A stretch of DNA of 64,000 nt from an uncultured Candidatus Poseidoniales archaeon (GTDB lineage: Archaea > Thermoplasmatota > Poseidoniia > Poseidoniales > Poseidoniaceae), in the NCBI GenBank assembly GCA_000246735.1, contig CM001443.1, forward strand, positions 143,669 to 207,668. Direction: 5' to 3'. Positions 1-9,614 of the stretch are shown here, in pieces. The notes beneath the pieces were generated by a model. The model ran no database searches. It was given only the letters and a program-made list of their open reading frames with translations, and had not been told where the DNA came from. Within the stretch, counting starts at the first letter, position 1. Every line of letters starts with the position of its first letter. A program made the position numbers and the translations under genes.

Positions 1-24
1 GAAGCCGTTGGTGAAATCGTATCA

Positions 25-3000
25 TTGTTCTCGAAGGGTGATGAGCAAAGCAACGAGCCAGGTGCAGTCCAACGTGACGGAACTGTTCAATCAGCACCAG
101 AATTAGACAGCGTGGAAGACCTCGCTGTTCACGGCGAACGGCGGCTAGGTCTTGGATTACTCGTGGCAATGGTGACCGTTTGGTCTGCCATCGGTGCTGT
201 TGTTGGAACCGTCTTGCCCCCTGAGTTGAGCGGCCTTGGCTTATTCTCGATGGGCGTGTTTGGGTTGTACCTTGGTGAACGTTGGATCCCAAAACCATCG
301 ATGAGGTTGCTTGGCGTCACCTGGGTCATCATCTCGATGAAATTGTTTTATGGATTGGTCCTTGATTCATGGCACTGGGGATGGTTCGATGCATCGCCGC
401 TCGGCGCAAATGAAACCCTCGGACTCGGCATGTTGGCCGTTGTTGCTGGAAATGTGTTCATTGCTCAACGGCATGACGAAGATGCAATTGCGGCGCAAGC
501 AACCCTGATTTTACTCATCGTTGGAAGTGCTGCAGGAGCATTGTACGGCGAAGTGGGTGTTGCGGCCATGGTGGGCATTGGCACCCTCTTGATGCACGGG
601 CTTGCCTTCATGCGCCGCTCTGGTAACTTAGCAAGTTTGGGTATTGCTTCATCCTACCTCTGGGTCGGCGTTCACGCCCTCTCAAATGATTGGTCGTTCT
701 TTGGAGTTGAACTCGTTCGATTTGATGATGAGTTGTTGCTGTTTCTCCTCATGGCTGGGGTAACGGCGACGAACGCTGTTGTGGCTGCTTCCTTTGTCAG
801 GGCTGAAAATTGGTTCTCAGATGCACTCAAAGCGCTTGGACTCGGCAAACCCGCCTTGTGGTCGGTTTCTGTTGGCCTTGGTATGATCGGCGCACTTCTG
901 GCCATTGCTGCAAACCGTCTTGAGACCGGCTATGCACTGGCACAATTGCTCCTGTTGGTTTCGGCCTTCAGCGCATCCTACCTCGTGGTGCGAGGCGTCC
1001 ATCTGAAGGATCTCGCACCGTTCATTCTCTATCCAGCACCAGTGATGTTGATTGGCCTATCCTTGTTGACTTCAGGAGCGTTTGATGTTTCCCTCCCAGC
1101 AGGGTTGAGTCCGTACAGCCTCTATGCAGCCGTGACCGCAGTGCTCACCGCCGCCGCACTCCTGCGAAATCAAACCTCAGTTTCGGACCATGTTCTGTGG
1201 ATGGGGGGCACCGTGATTGTGGTGCTGTTGACATTGTTAATCCCGGCTGGAGAAGCAGATGGTAACGGCCGCCTTTTGCTCATCTCCCAAGGTGTTGTAT
1301 GGGTCGGTTTGTCGTGGTTAGCCATCCAGCGGGATTCACCATCGATTGCAGGCACGGCTGTGCTTGCTCCGTGGGTGTGGTTGATGTTCTTTGCAAGCGA
1401 TGTCGAATCAAGGGTGGTCTCAATTGACCTCATCCCAATCTCACTCGATGAAATCGATCTCGCCACCTGGCTATGTGTGCTTATCGTGCAGCAAATCAGC
1501 GTGAATGTTCACCATGGTGAAACTGGACTCAATCTAGCAGCGCGGCTTGCTGGAGCTTCAGAGGTTGGCGCCCGCTTCAGAGACTCTGGGTTCGCTAAAT
1601 TATGGAATTTGAGCTTCATTTTTTCAGTTGTTGTCATTTGGGGCATTACACGGCCCGGAGCGCTTCCAATGCCGGGACTGTTGGCGGCCATGGGCCTCTT
1701 GCTGATTGGTCATGCGTTGATGGTATGGCGTGGCAAGCATCTTGGAAAACCACGTAGTTTGATGACCGTTTGGGGCGTCTTTGCCTTAATCCTCGTTTGG
1801 CGTTACGGGCAGTCGGCATTCTGGGCCATGATTATGGTTGCAGCATGTGGTTTGATGCTGCTTGCTACCGATCGGCGACGAAAGGATGGCACAAGCCTAG
1901 CAGAACTTGAACTGACGGAGGCCCTTCCCGGGCGGTTACTGACCTTAATGCTAGGATTCATAGCAGCATTCTACATCGTCATCAGCCTTGACCCGATTAC
2001 GAACGTTGAACTGACTGGAGCAAAAAACATGCTCTCACCTGAAATGAATTTGTTGGTCTTGACGGGTGTTGGACTCGTCGCCCTCGTCTTGTACCTCCAA
2101 CGAGCAGTGACGCTTGAAAAACTGCTTCCACCCGCCTTTGCAGCCCTTGGGCTCATCGTCACAATGGCATTGGCTGGACTCACCCTCAACATGACATTCG
2201 TTGTGCTCACCGCCTTGATCGCTTTCGTAGCCTCCGGTTCCTACCTCGCCATTCAAGGTGAATTCCGTGCAGGCATGCGCGCCCTTGCTCGTCGCGACGA
2301 TCGACTTGTGCGAATTAAGGAAAAGCAAGAACGGATGCAGGAATTCCTTGCCGCCTCAACAACCGCAAGCGAATACAGTGCGATGGACATGGTTGAGAAG
2401 ACCGATGTCGGCGTAGCAACTGGGCCCAGTGAAGTCATTTTGCAGTCTCAAGCATCGCCAACTGATGATTCAGGGCCTGTCCAAGGATCTTTGCGGCTGA
2501 TCGACACTGAGTTGTTGGCCCTCGCTGAAAAGCAACGAAAGCGATCGAAAAACTGGAGCACGGCTGGAGAATACGATCTTGAAGTTGGAGACATTCACCA
2601 CCAACCAATCATCACGATGATGTTCCTCGTCACCACAATCCTTGTCACCACGGTGATTTCGTTCCTTTCTGGCAACACGTTGATGACATTGCTGTTCGGA
2701 GTTTTACTCTCGATGTTGTTTGTTGGAGCGGCGCGATTGCGAGCAAATGAAATTGGTTTGAGGCTCCCTGACATCATGGGCATCGAGTCCCCAATTGCGG
2801 TTGGCATGGCTGGTTTGGTATTGATTCACGTCGCTGGAAGAGCTTCGAATTCCGTCGTAGTGCTCGAGGACACATGGCATTTACTCGTTCTTTTCGGTGG
2901 CTTGGTGATGATGGCCGGCATGGGCATTATTGGGCGCAGTGACCTTGGGCTACGTCTTCCAAATGCATTGGAAGGTGTCGTGTTTTTGGCCATGCTTGAC

Positions 3001-3786
3001 CGCGTCATTTGCCTCCTCATTGGTGGCGAAGTGCCTCTTCCATTCAATTTCGATCCCTTTGACGCATTCCTGTTTGAATCAGGCGTGCCAATGATGGGAA
3101 TTGAGGTGGCGCTTGTTGGTGCTGTGCTCGGCTTTGATTGGGTCGAAGGGAAGCGGATTCAACGGGATATGGGCGATCATCGGGGGGCTGCTGGCCGCAG
3201 TGCTTGGGCCCTCGCCGTCTGTGTGCTTTCATTCGGAGTGGCTGGAGTGTTGGTGCTCGCCTTCACCGCAAGAAGAAGTGTGTGGTGGCAGCAACCTGCG
3301 CCTGCTTTGATGGCATGGATTACCCTCCCGGTTGTTGTGCAAGGCATCATGGCATGGGCACCAGAATTGCTCAGTTTCACTGTGGTTCCATTCTACCTTG
3401 TCGCTTCGACCATGTCCATGATCACGGTAGGATTTGTAGCATGGACCGTCATCAATCGCATGGGGCTCTGGCTCCCTGCTGGTTTGTGGGCCCTGCACAT
3501 TTTACTCTTCTTGGCTTGCTTTGGATTCCCGAACCTCGTGTACGCTGTTGTGTTCATCCTCATCGCATCAACCGTGTCTTGGGTCAGCGGTATTCTCACC
3601 CTCAGAAAAGGCTGGAGAATTGTTGGAGCCCTTGATTTGGTGCTCGGGTGGATTGTTGCTGGAGTTGTGCTCATTGGAGGCAGTTCTGTCACAGGATTGT
3701 TTGCCATCCTGCTTGCTTCCGCAGCGCTTCTTGGCATTGTCACGTGGCTCACGCAGACCTTTGAAGGTGAAATGGCCAACGAATGA
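25..3786 (+). CDS. very large polytopic integral membrane protein (1253 aa, well over 20 predicted TM helices), function unknown; frame is open back to position 1 and the track start is TTG, so the gene may be 5'-truncated by the window edge
   Basis: long uninterrupted ORF; translation is dominated by hydrophobic helical stretches (LGLLVAMVTVWSAIGAVVGTVL, LFLLMAGVTATNAVVAASF, many more) with short loops; no catalytic motif recognised; spurious overlapping ORFs 3101-3635 etc lie inside it. Confidence 0.6.
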   Translation: MFSKGDEQSNEPGAVQRDGTVQSAPELDSVEDLAVHGERRLGLGLLVAMVTVWSAIGAVVGTVLPPELSGLGLFSMGVFGLYLGERWIPKPSMRLLGVTWVIISMKLFYGLVLDSWHWGWFDASPLGANETLGLGMLAVVAGNVFIAQRHDEDAIAAQATLILLIVGSAAGALYGEVGVAAMVGIGTLLMHGLAFMRRSGNLASLGIASSYLWVGVHALSNDWSFFGVELVRFDDELLLFLLMAGVTATNAVVAASFVRAENWFSDALKALGLGKPALWSVSVGLGMIGALLAIAANRLETGYALAQLLLLVSAFSASYLVVRGVHLKDLAPFILYPAPVMLIGLSLLTSGAFDVSLPAGLSPYSLYAAVTAVLTAAALLRNQTSVSDHVLWMGGTVIVVLLTLLIPAGEADGNGRLLLISQGVVWVGLSWLAIQRDSPSIAGTAVLAPWVWLMFFASDVESRVVSIDLIPISLDEIDLATWLCVLIVQQISVNVHHGETGLNLAARLAGASEVGARFRDSGFAKLWNLSFIFSVVVIWGITRPGALPMPGLLAAMGLLLIGHALMVWRGKHLGKPRSLMTVWGVFALILVWRYGQSAFWAMIMVAACGLMLLATDRRRKDGTSLAELELTEALPGRLLTLMLGFIAAFYIVISLDPITNVELTGAKNMLSPEMNLLVLTGVGLVALVLYLQRAVTLEKLLPPAFAALGLIVTMALAGLTLNMTFVVLTALIAFVASGSYLAIQGEFRAGMRALARRDDRLVRIKEKQERMQEFLAASTTASEYSAMDMVEKTDVGVATGPSEVILQSQASPTDDSGPVQGSLRLIDTELLALAEKQRKRSKNWSTAGEYDLEVGDIHHQPIITMMFLVTTILVTTVISFLSGNTLMTLLFGVLLSMLFVGAARLRANEIGLRLPDIMGIESPIAVGMAGLVLIHVAGRASNSVVVLEDTWHLLVLFGGLVMMAGMGIIGRSDLGLRLPNALEGVVFLAMLDRVICLLIGGEVPLPFNFDPFDAFLFESGVPMMGIEVALVGAVLGFDWVEGKRIQRDMGDHRGAAGRSAWALAVCVLSFGVAGVLVLAFTARRSVWWQQPAPALMAWITLPVVVQGIMAWAPELLSFTVVPFYLVASTMSMITVGFVAWTVINRMGLWLPAGLWALHILLFLACFGFPNLVYAVVFILIASTVSWVSGILTLRKGWRIVGALDLVLGWIVAGVVLIGGSSVTGLFAILLASAALLGIVTWLTQTFEGEMANE

Positions 3787-3807
3787 TGCGTTTCGACTAT
3801 GAGGCGT

Positions 3808-5454
3808 TCATGCCTTCATTTCTGCACCCAAAAGATTCGTGAGTGAACTCATGAGGTCTGGGGCATTGGCCGGATTTATGTTTGGAGAAAGACGCAATGA
3901 TACACTGATTTTAGCCTGCGTACCACTGTTTCGAATGCCAAGGGATGCTGGATGGCCATCGACTTCGAATGAGATCAGCATAAGGTTTGATTCACCTTCA
4001 AGGCCATGGCGATTCCATTGCTCAACGGTGCCTTGCTGCTCAAAGAAATCCTTTGCAATTGACTCAGCTTGGTCCGCAAGTCTGTTTTGGCCCGTCCAAA
4101 GGGTTCGGTCCACACCACTCACAGAGCGTCGTTGCTTCCAACCTCGTTTCATGTGGTAAGTCGCATCTTGATTTGAGAAGGCAAGCAAGTAAGCAACAAG
4201 CGTTGCTGCGCCATCACCAACCAAAGCCCAGTCACCGGTTTTTCCGGGAAGTGGTGTTGGCATCACAATGTGGCCCGAATCCTCGACACCAATCGATCTC
4301 GGGGGGGTTTCAGAATGTGGGAGTGCATCGCCAAGCGCTTTTGACAGCCAACGGTCGCCGACAGCGGTCTCGGATGTTTCAACTGGTGCAGGCAAACGCT
4401 CGGCTGTGGCAAGCAGTGAGAGATCAGATTCGATGCTTGCTGCAAGGTGCCATGGAGCCTCAGAATGCAGGGCTGCGGTAGAGAGAATCGTGTCGCCGAT
4501 CGCATCCCCATCAATGACCATAAAACCGTCTCGAGTTGCTTGGATGACGAGGCAGCGATCGCCATCACCATCGAGTGCAGCGCCGACCAATGTCCCCGGT
4601 GACGAAGGCGTTAGGTTTTGCAGCAACATGTGAGGAGAGTTTGAGGCCTCCTCAAAGGTCCATGTTTGGGTTGGCGAGAAATCCCCTGCGCCACAGTTGA
4701 GGTTGAGGGCTTGCGCCTCACCGCTCACCTCGATGCTTTCGAGGCCTTGTTCTGAGAGCCAATTGGCCAACCAAGTGTGGGCGGCACCCTTTGAGGCATC
4801 AATGACGAAAGGACATGCCACATTCGCCTCTTTGATTCCCTCAGTCCCAGTCAAGATTTGGAAATGGGCATACCGCTCCGAAAGCCAAGAAGGATGGTGG
4901 TTTGCTGCGCTCATCGACGCATCATATGGTTGGCTTGGTTGAGATAATTCTGCTTCATCGATGACGTCAATCTCTCGTTCTTCCGAGGCTAAAGCATCCG
5001 CGATGTTCGATACAAAATCTTCGTACTGTGGATTGGTTTTGTAACCAAGCGAATCGAACACCTTCAATCCAGAATCCGATACAGGGTTGTGACTGGCTGT
5101 GATCATGCAACCGATGCGTGCTTGGTGACGGAGGGTGGCGCGATGGAGGGCGGGCGTTGCACACATCCCAACATGAACAACCGTGCATCCTGTAAGCCGA
5201 AGCCCAAGCGTGAGTGCTGCGACCAATTCTGTGTTCTTTGGGCGGTCATCCCATCCGATCACTGCTTTTGTGCCCTCGCCAGGCAATTGGTCCATGGTGC
5301 GCCCAAGTGCTTCGCCGACGATGCGAAGAAGGGTTGTGCTGATGACCCGTTGTTCGTGAAGAGCGTTGATCGATGCTTCTTCGTCGGGGGAAGCGTCAAT
5401 CACTTTGCCACGAATACCATCGGTTCCAAACAAGCGACGGGTCATTTCGTTCAC
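3808..5454 (-). CDS. phosphohexomutase (phosphoglucosamine mutase / phosphomannomutase / phosphoglucomutase family)
   Basis: N-terminal FGTDGIRG, active-site Ser loop CMITASHNP, Mg-binding GDGDGDR seen in translation; 548 aa is longer than typical GlmM (C-terminal extension). Confidence 0.85.
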   Translation of the reverse strand: MNEMTRRLFGTDGIRGKVIDASPDEEASINALHEQRVISTTLLRIVGEALGRTMDQLPGEGTKAVIGWDDRPKNTELVAALTLGLRLTGCTVVHVGMCATPALHRATLRHQARIGCMITASHNPVSDSGLKVFDSLGYKTNPQYEDFVSNIADALASEEREIDVIDEAELSQPSQPYDASMSAANHHPSWLSERYAHFQILTGTEGIKEANVACPFVIDASKGAAHTWLANWLSEQGLESIEVSGEAQALNLNCGAGDFSPTQTWTFEEASNSPHMLLQNLTPSSPGTLVGAALDGDGDRCLVIQATRDGFMVIDGDAIGDTILSTAALHSEAPWHLAASIESDLSLLATAERLPAPVETSETAVGDRWLSKALGDALPHSETPPRSIGVEDSGHIVMPTPLPGKTGDWALVGDGAATLVAYLLAFSNQDATYHMKRGWKQRRSVSGVDRTLWTGQNRLADQAESIAKDFFEQQGTVEQWNRHGLEGESNLMLISFEVDGHPASLGIRNSGTQAKISVSLRLSPNINPANAPDLMSSLTNLLGAEMKA

Positions 5455-6152
5455 CTGTGGGTCGAATTAGCAGGAGAGAGCCCGGTGACTGTTGTGTTTG
5501 GCCAGACCACGCTGTTAGGGCCGAGAACGGTCCCTGGGTTGGTCACACTGTTGCACCCCAATTGGCAATGTTCTCCAAGGATTGCGCCAAATTTTCTGAG
5601 GCCGCTTCCCAACCTTTGACCTTCGAAGCGAAGATGGACTTCTCCTCCATCGTTTCGCAAGTTGCTCAATTTTGTACCTGCGCCTAGATTTACACCGCAG
5701 CCAAGAATTGAATCTCCCACGTAGTTGAAGTGAGGTGCTTTCGCCCCTGGAAGTAAAATTGAATGTTTGATTTCTGTTGAATGGCCAACCACCGATCCAG
5801 AGCAAATCCATGCATGTGGCCGAACGTATGCTCCATGGCGAATGGTGGCCCCTGATTCGACCAAGCACGGGCCGATGAAATGGACAGAAGGCTCGACGAT
5901 GGCGTTTGCATGGACAACGACTGGGCCTTGTGACTCGTCGACGGTTGCACCGCTCTTCGTAGGGTCTTGGGTTGGTTCTGAATAGGCGTTGATAGCTGCC
6001 ATCAACTGAGATTTAAGGCCGTTTTTGGCTTTCGGGTCGAGGAGCACCCAAGCAGGCTCTCCGTCTGAAAAAATAGGGACTGCACCGTCGTGCACCTCTT
6101 TTGAGAATGTAGGGAAAAGGGCGTGGGCAGTCACCCAATCAGGCCATTCCAT
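5451..6152 (-). CDS. left-handed beta-helix (hexapeptide-repeat) acyltransferase, GlmU C-terminal-domain-like
   Basis: hexapeptide repeats with GlmU-like block PHFNYVGDSILGCGVNLGAGTKLSNLRNDG; 4-bp overlap with the phosphohexomutase gene downstream suggests an operon; no nucleotidyltransferase N-domain in this ORF. Confidence 0.7.
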   Translation of the reverse strand: MEWPDWVTAHALFPTFSKEVHDGAVPIFSDGEPAWVLLDPKAKNGLKSQLMAAINAYSEPTQDPTKSGATVDESQGPVVVHANAIVEPSVHFIGPCLVESGATIRHGAYVRPHAWICSGSVVGHSTEIKHSILLPGAKAPHFNYVGDSILGCGVNLGAGTKLSNLRNDGGEVHLRFEGQRLGSGLRKFGAILGEHCQLGCNSVTNPGTVLGPNSVVWPNTTVTGLSPANSTHR

Positions 6153-6194
6153 GAACAGGGCATGGGCATCGGTGGCATGAAGATAACGCTTCCA

Positions 6195-6467
6195 TCATGC
6201 CGCGAGGTGGTACAATCGCTTTCCTGTACCGTGATCGAGGGTGAAGGAAATGAACTCAGAAAGATAGCGTGGAATGAAGAAGCCAACTTTGCGGGCAGTG
6301 AGCCCGTGATTTCTCATCCGTCGTTCGTTCGACAAATGATGCACGATGTCTGCTGCCGAACAGCTTTCTTGTGAAGATACATACTCCACGATTTCATTCT
6401 TTAGTCGTGCCAAGCGAGCTTGTTTTTGTGTCCCATTGCCCTTCATTTTACTCATGTAATACATCAA
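6195..6467 (-). CDS. small hypothetical protein, possibly winged-helix DNA-binding (TTG start in track, ATG at second codon)
   Basis: segment ARLARLKNEIVEYVSSQESCSAADIVHHL resembles an HTH recognition region; same reading frame as flanking ORFs and separated from them only by TGA codons. Confidence 0.25.
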   Translation of the reverse strand: MMYYMSKMKGNGTQKQARLARLKNEIVEYVSSQESCSAADIVHHLSNERRMRNHGLTARKVGFFIPRYLSEFISFTLDHGTGKRLYHLAA

Positions 6468-6515
6468 CGGCAGCGTATATCAATGCTTGATGGGGCATCC
6501 ATGGGAGCCCAACAA

Positions 6516-7325
6516 TCAGAGGATATCGAGCACGTCATTCCACTTCATGGAAGAGCCACGCCGGAACATACCTTCGTGGAATTGCCGTTGGGCGAGATGC
6601 GTCGCTCGCGCCAACCGTCCACGGTTGTCATAGCAACCGTAGCGAGTGTGGATTGGAACCATTGTCGTGGAGAGATCAATCTGTGGGCCGTTTGTTGGCG
6701 GAGGTGTGCGTTCAACAAGTTCCTTCTCGCCATCCCATACGATGTCTTCTGGTAAGGGCGCGTCAATTTTTTCATGTTCAAAATGAAGGCTTCCTTCTGC
6801 TGGTTTGACTGGTTTCCAAGTGTTTGAACGCCCATTGTCGAGCCAGAAAATCATGGCTTTCATTTGCTCGACCGTGGCCATGGCCATGTGTGTTTTCTCC
6901 CACCAACCGGCGGTTCTCGCAAGGGTGATGTGATGGACGCCAGGATAGGTGTCCCTCGGATCAAGTCCATCTGCATAGGTACGGGAAAGGTCCGTGATTC
7001 GCACGGTGTAGATTGGCATTGCTCCAATGCGAATGTCCTGCAACCTGTATGGGTTTGCAAGTTCCCCGAGTAACAAAAACGGGCGTCGTTGGGCCATTGG
7101 CGGTGCTGATTGTTCTGCAAGCAGGTGTTCGACGGTGCCTTCTGTTGATGTAAATGAAGCGCAATAGGCTTGCAAAGCCGGGCCCGAAAGTTGGCCCTCT
7201 TGATGATCGGCTGGAGGAGTCAATTCCCGAAGGGTTGTGTTGGAGAAGAACAACGGTGACTCGGGAAGGGCCACTGGTGAGTTTGCTGGCGCATAGGGCC
7301 ACAGCCGAGGAGAAGTGTCTCGCAT
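6516..7325 (-). CDS. hypothetical protein (269 aa), no confident family assignment
   Basis: only long ORF in this interval in any frame, protein-like composition; contains HHITLAR (a single 2H-phosphoesterase-like H-x-T-x motif, no second motif found). Confidence 0.4.
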   Translation of the reverse strand: MRDTSPRLWPYAPANSPVALPESPLFFSNTTLRELTPPADHQEGQLSGPALQAYCASFTSTEGTVEHLLAEQSAPPMAQRRPFLLLGELANPYRLQDIRIGAMPIYTVRITDLSRTYADGLDPRDTYPGVHHITLARTAGWWEKTHMAMATVEQMKAMIFWLDNGRSNTWKPVKPAEGSLHFEHEKIDAPLPEDIVWDGEKELVERTPPPTNGPQIDLSTTMVPIHTRYGCYDNRGRLARATHLAQRQFHEGMFRRGSSMKWNDVLDIL

Positions 7326-7362
7326 GCCCAGCGCTTCGTTCGCACCGGTATGAATTCAACGC

Positions 7363-7794
7363 CTAGGATTGGAAGATGGATTCTTGTAAGCACTGGGGGC
7401 AAGTGACCTTGATTGGGCGGACTGCCGGGATGCCGAGTGCAACGCCGCACGCAGGGCAGAGAATCGCCTGACTCACACTTTGTCGTCGCTCTGCAGCTTG
7501 TTCTGATGGGTCATATTGGAATCGGAAACTTTGCGTATTTGGGATCGAAGGGGTTGACGGAAGGGCCGGGGCCTCCTTTGAGGAGGGGGCGAAATTGTTT
7601 GGATCCTGGGCTGGTGATGATGGCTGAGCCGAGCCTGCAATCTGTTGCTCAATCCATGCATGGCCTACGCCATAAGCAGATGCGATGCGGTCAATTTCCA
7701 ACATTCGATCATAGCCGCTCATGCCAGCCAAGGCGTGAAGAACTTCGGGCGGTACAGATGCCATGTCCCACTCGCAGCGTTCATCACTCTTCAC
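7363..7794 (-). CDS. hypothetical protein with C-terminal zinc ribbon
   Basis: C-terminal CPACG ... CPQC pair; Pro/Ser-rich linker. Confidence 0.4.
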   Translation of the reverse strand: MKSDERCEWDMASVPPEVLHALAGMSGYDRMLEIDRIASAYGVGHAWIEQQIAGSAQPSSPAQDPNNFAPSSKEAPALPSTPSIPNTQSFRFQYDPSEQAAERRQSVSQAILCPACGVALGIPAVRPIKVTCPQCLQESIFQS

Positions 7795-7863
7795 TGTTCA
7801 GTTATATTGTGTCGAGGGTTTTGCCGGTATCCGGAACCTCACAACACGGATGTGGAAAGTATC

Positions 7864-8406
7864 ATGTCGCCGAAAGCCTTGAAAGAGAAGCGCGTGCGCC
7901 GCGGGAACAAGAGAGGGACCTCAATGCCTCAAAGCCGACCAAGGAAGTTGACCAAAGAAGTCATGGCGAGAATGTCGTCAAAACAGCGAGCTGAGACAGC
8001 ACGCTCGATTACCTGTGGGGAAACCATGCTCGAAGCACATTGGGTCTGGTATGATGCATCAATGGCCGATGTCATCGACGACTTGACATCGAATAATTGG
8101 GACCACGTGTTCGTCATTAATCACGAGGGTGCGCCTCAAGGTAGAATCCATGCTGTTGATGTGTTGAAAATCATCGCAAGGAAGAAGGTCAACCGTGACA
8201 TTGCTTGGATGCATGGAATCCCAGCACAACAGTTGGTGAACCTTCCCCCGATTACAGTCACACAAACCACACCGTTGCTCAAGGCGGGAGCATTGATGCT
8301 CACTCACGACCTCAATCAAATTGCTGTCGTCAACAAAGAGGGAAGCCTTGTGGGCGTTGTCGGCCACCAAACCATGGCTCGGCATATGCCGAAGTTCATC
8401 CTGTGA
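7864..8406 (+). CDS. CBS domain pair protein
   Basis: two CBS-like modules (MADVIDDL...HVFVINHEGAPQGRIHAVDVL and TPLLKAGALMLTHDLNQIAVVNKEGSLVGVVG); start moved to in-frame ATG 7864 (MSPKALKEK) because the track ORF begins far upstream at a non-ATG and would overlap the divergent gene. Confidence 0.65.
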   Translation: MSPKALKEKRVRRGNKRGTSMPQSRPRKLTKEVMARMSSKQRAETARSITCGETMLEAHWVWYDASMADVIDDLTSNNWDHVFVINHEGAPQGRIHAVDVLKIIARKKVNRDIAWMHGIPAQQLVNLPPITVTQTTPLLKAGALMLTHDLNQIAVVNKEGSLVGVVGHQTMARHMPKFIL

Positions 8407-9567
8407 TCAAATGCCCCAGTAGCGTTCTGCTTGAGCTTGCTTTGCTTGCAAAGAGCGAACAATGGTCATTGTCATCCACAAAACGACAACCCAAATCAAC
8501 GGGTTTGTCAGGTCTTCAAGCACCTTACCGACGCTAAATTCGTAAGCAGTTCCACTCAACACATCGGTTGCAATCGCAAGGGCTGTGTCGACGAATGAAT
8601 ACACAACCATGCCGAAGATACTGAGCACAATGAGTCGTCCTGAGAACGACCCTCGCTTCAATCGAAGCAGCATGAAGCCGGCTGTTGAAGTGAGGAACGC
8701 AATGACGATCCAAGCCAGGGCTTTGTGAACCGCAGACAGCCAGACGATTGATTGAGAAGACACGTCAGCAAGCACCGAGTATTCTCTCCACCCTTCTGCA
8801 ACCGCAAAGATTGCGCTGAACAGGGTAGCGGTCCATAACAATGAAGAAAACATAGCAGCGTCTGCGTTTTCCCTCATTTCTTGAATGACTTTGTTGACGG
8901 TGGTCTCAATGCCTGCTCCCTTGCTGAGAATGTAAAGCCCGGTCACCATCGGCAAACCACCGATCAGCAAGCCACCAATTTCGTTTGGAAGCATGATGCC
9001 AAGACCGAATACTGCGAGAACAAGTCCGAAAGGAATCATGATTTTAGCACGCCATTTTGGATCTTCAAGCGCCTTAACAATGTAATAATACGTACCTTCG
9101 ATGCCCTTCGACTGCTTCACAATGATTTTCTCAACGTGATCGATACGAACTTGTGATTGAATGATTGGAAGCACTGATTCATCTTCAGCGCCATCGGTGA
9201 TGAGGATGGCCTTGTCTGGTTGGAATTGGGCGACCACTTCTTCGAGTTGTGCTGCAATGGCTCGGTCGGAACGGATGCCGACTTTTTCATCCCCTGTGAG
9301 GATGGCAATCTCAACTTCGTCCTCTTCAGGTTTTTTTTCGGCGAGTTTGTCGTGGGCCGACAAAGCACCTAGCATGGCGTTTGTGTCGCTTTCTTCTGGG
9401 TCTGCGATTCCCAATTTCAGCGCCGCAGTGAGCACTTGACGGCGGCCAATAACCGGGCCGCGAATCGCTGTTTTGATGCCGAGATCGTTGTCTCGGTCTA
9501 CTGTCAATACGAGCGTTCTCACCATCATTTGCCACCGCTGTTGGATGTACCCTAGTCGCCCACCCAA
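8407..9567 (-). CDS. archaeal DUF373-family membrane protein
   Basis: N-terminal VRTLVLTVDRDNDLGIKTAI soluble domain followed by about 6 TM helices, the typical DUF373 architecture. Confidence 0.65.
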   Translation of the reverse strand: MGGRLGYIQQRWQMMVRTLVLTVDRDNDLGIKTAIRGPVIGRRQVLTAALKLGIADPEESDTNAMLGALSAHDKLAEKKPEEDEVEIAILTGDEKVGIRSDRAIAAQLEEVVAQFQPDKAILITDGAEDESVLPIIQSQVRIDHVEKIIVKQSKGIEGTYYYIVKALEDPKWRAKIMIPFGLVLAVFGLGIMLPNEIGGLLIGGLPMVTGLYILSKGAGIETTVNKVIQEMRENADAAMFSSLLWTATLFSAIFAVAEGWREYSVLADVSSQSIVWLSAVHKALAWIVIAFLTSTAGFMLLRLKRGSFSGRLIVLSIFGMVVYSFVDTALAIATDVLSGTAYEFSVGKVLEDLTNPLIWVVVLWMTMTIVRSLQAKQAQAERYWGI

Positions 9568-9614
9568 TTCAAAGTCTTCGCGCGAAAGCCCAGTTCGACA
9601 TGCACAAATTGGCC

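Noticed and set aside
3101-3802. Multiple 60-170-aa ORFs on both strands inside the 1253-aa membrane protein gene (and similar nested ORFs throughout the track)
   Set aside because: They overlap a much longer ORF with coherent membrane-protein composition. They are low-complexity Arg/Cys/Pro-rich translations typical of off-frame reading of GC-rich coding sequence.
5451-7325. Possibility that TGA is a sense codon (alternative genetic code or selenocysteine), explaining three in-frame TGAs
   Set aside because: TGA clearly terminates well-conserved genes elsewhere in the window. Examples are the 1253-aa membrane protein at 3784-3786, followed 22 bp later by the convergent phosphohexomutase stop, and the rhodopsin at 47459-47461. 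Reading through would run genes into convergent neighbours. Three Sec residues in a nucleotidyltransferase/acyltransferase are implausible and no SECIS-like element is seen.
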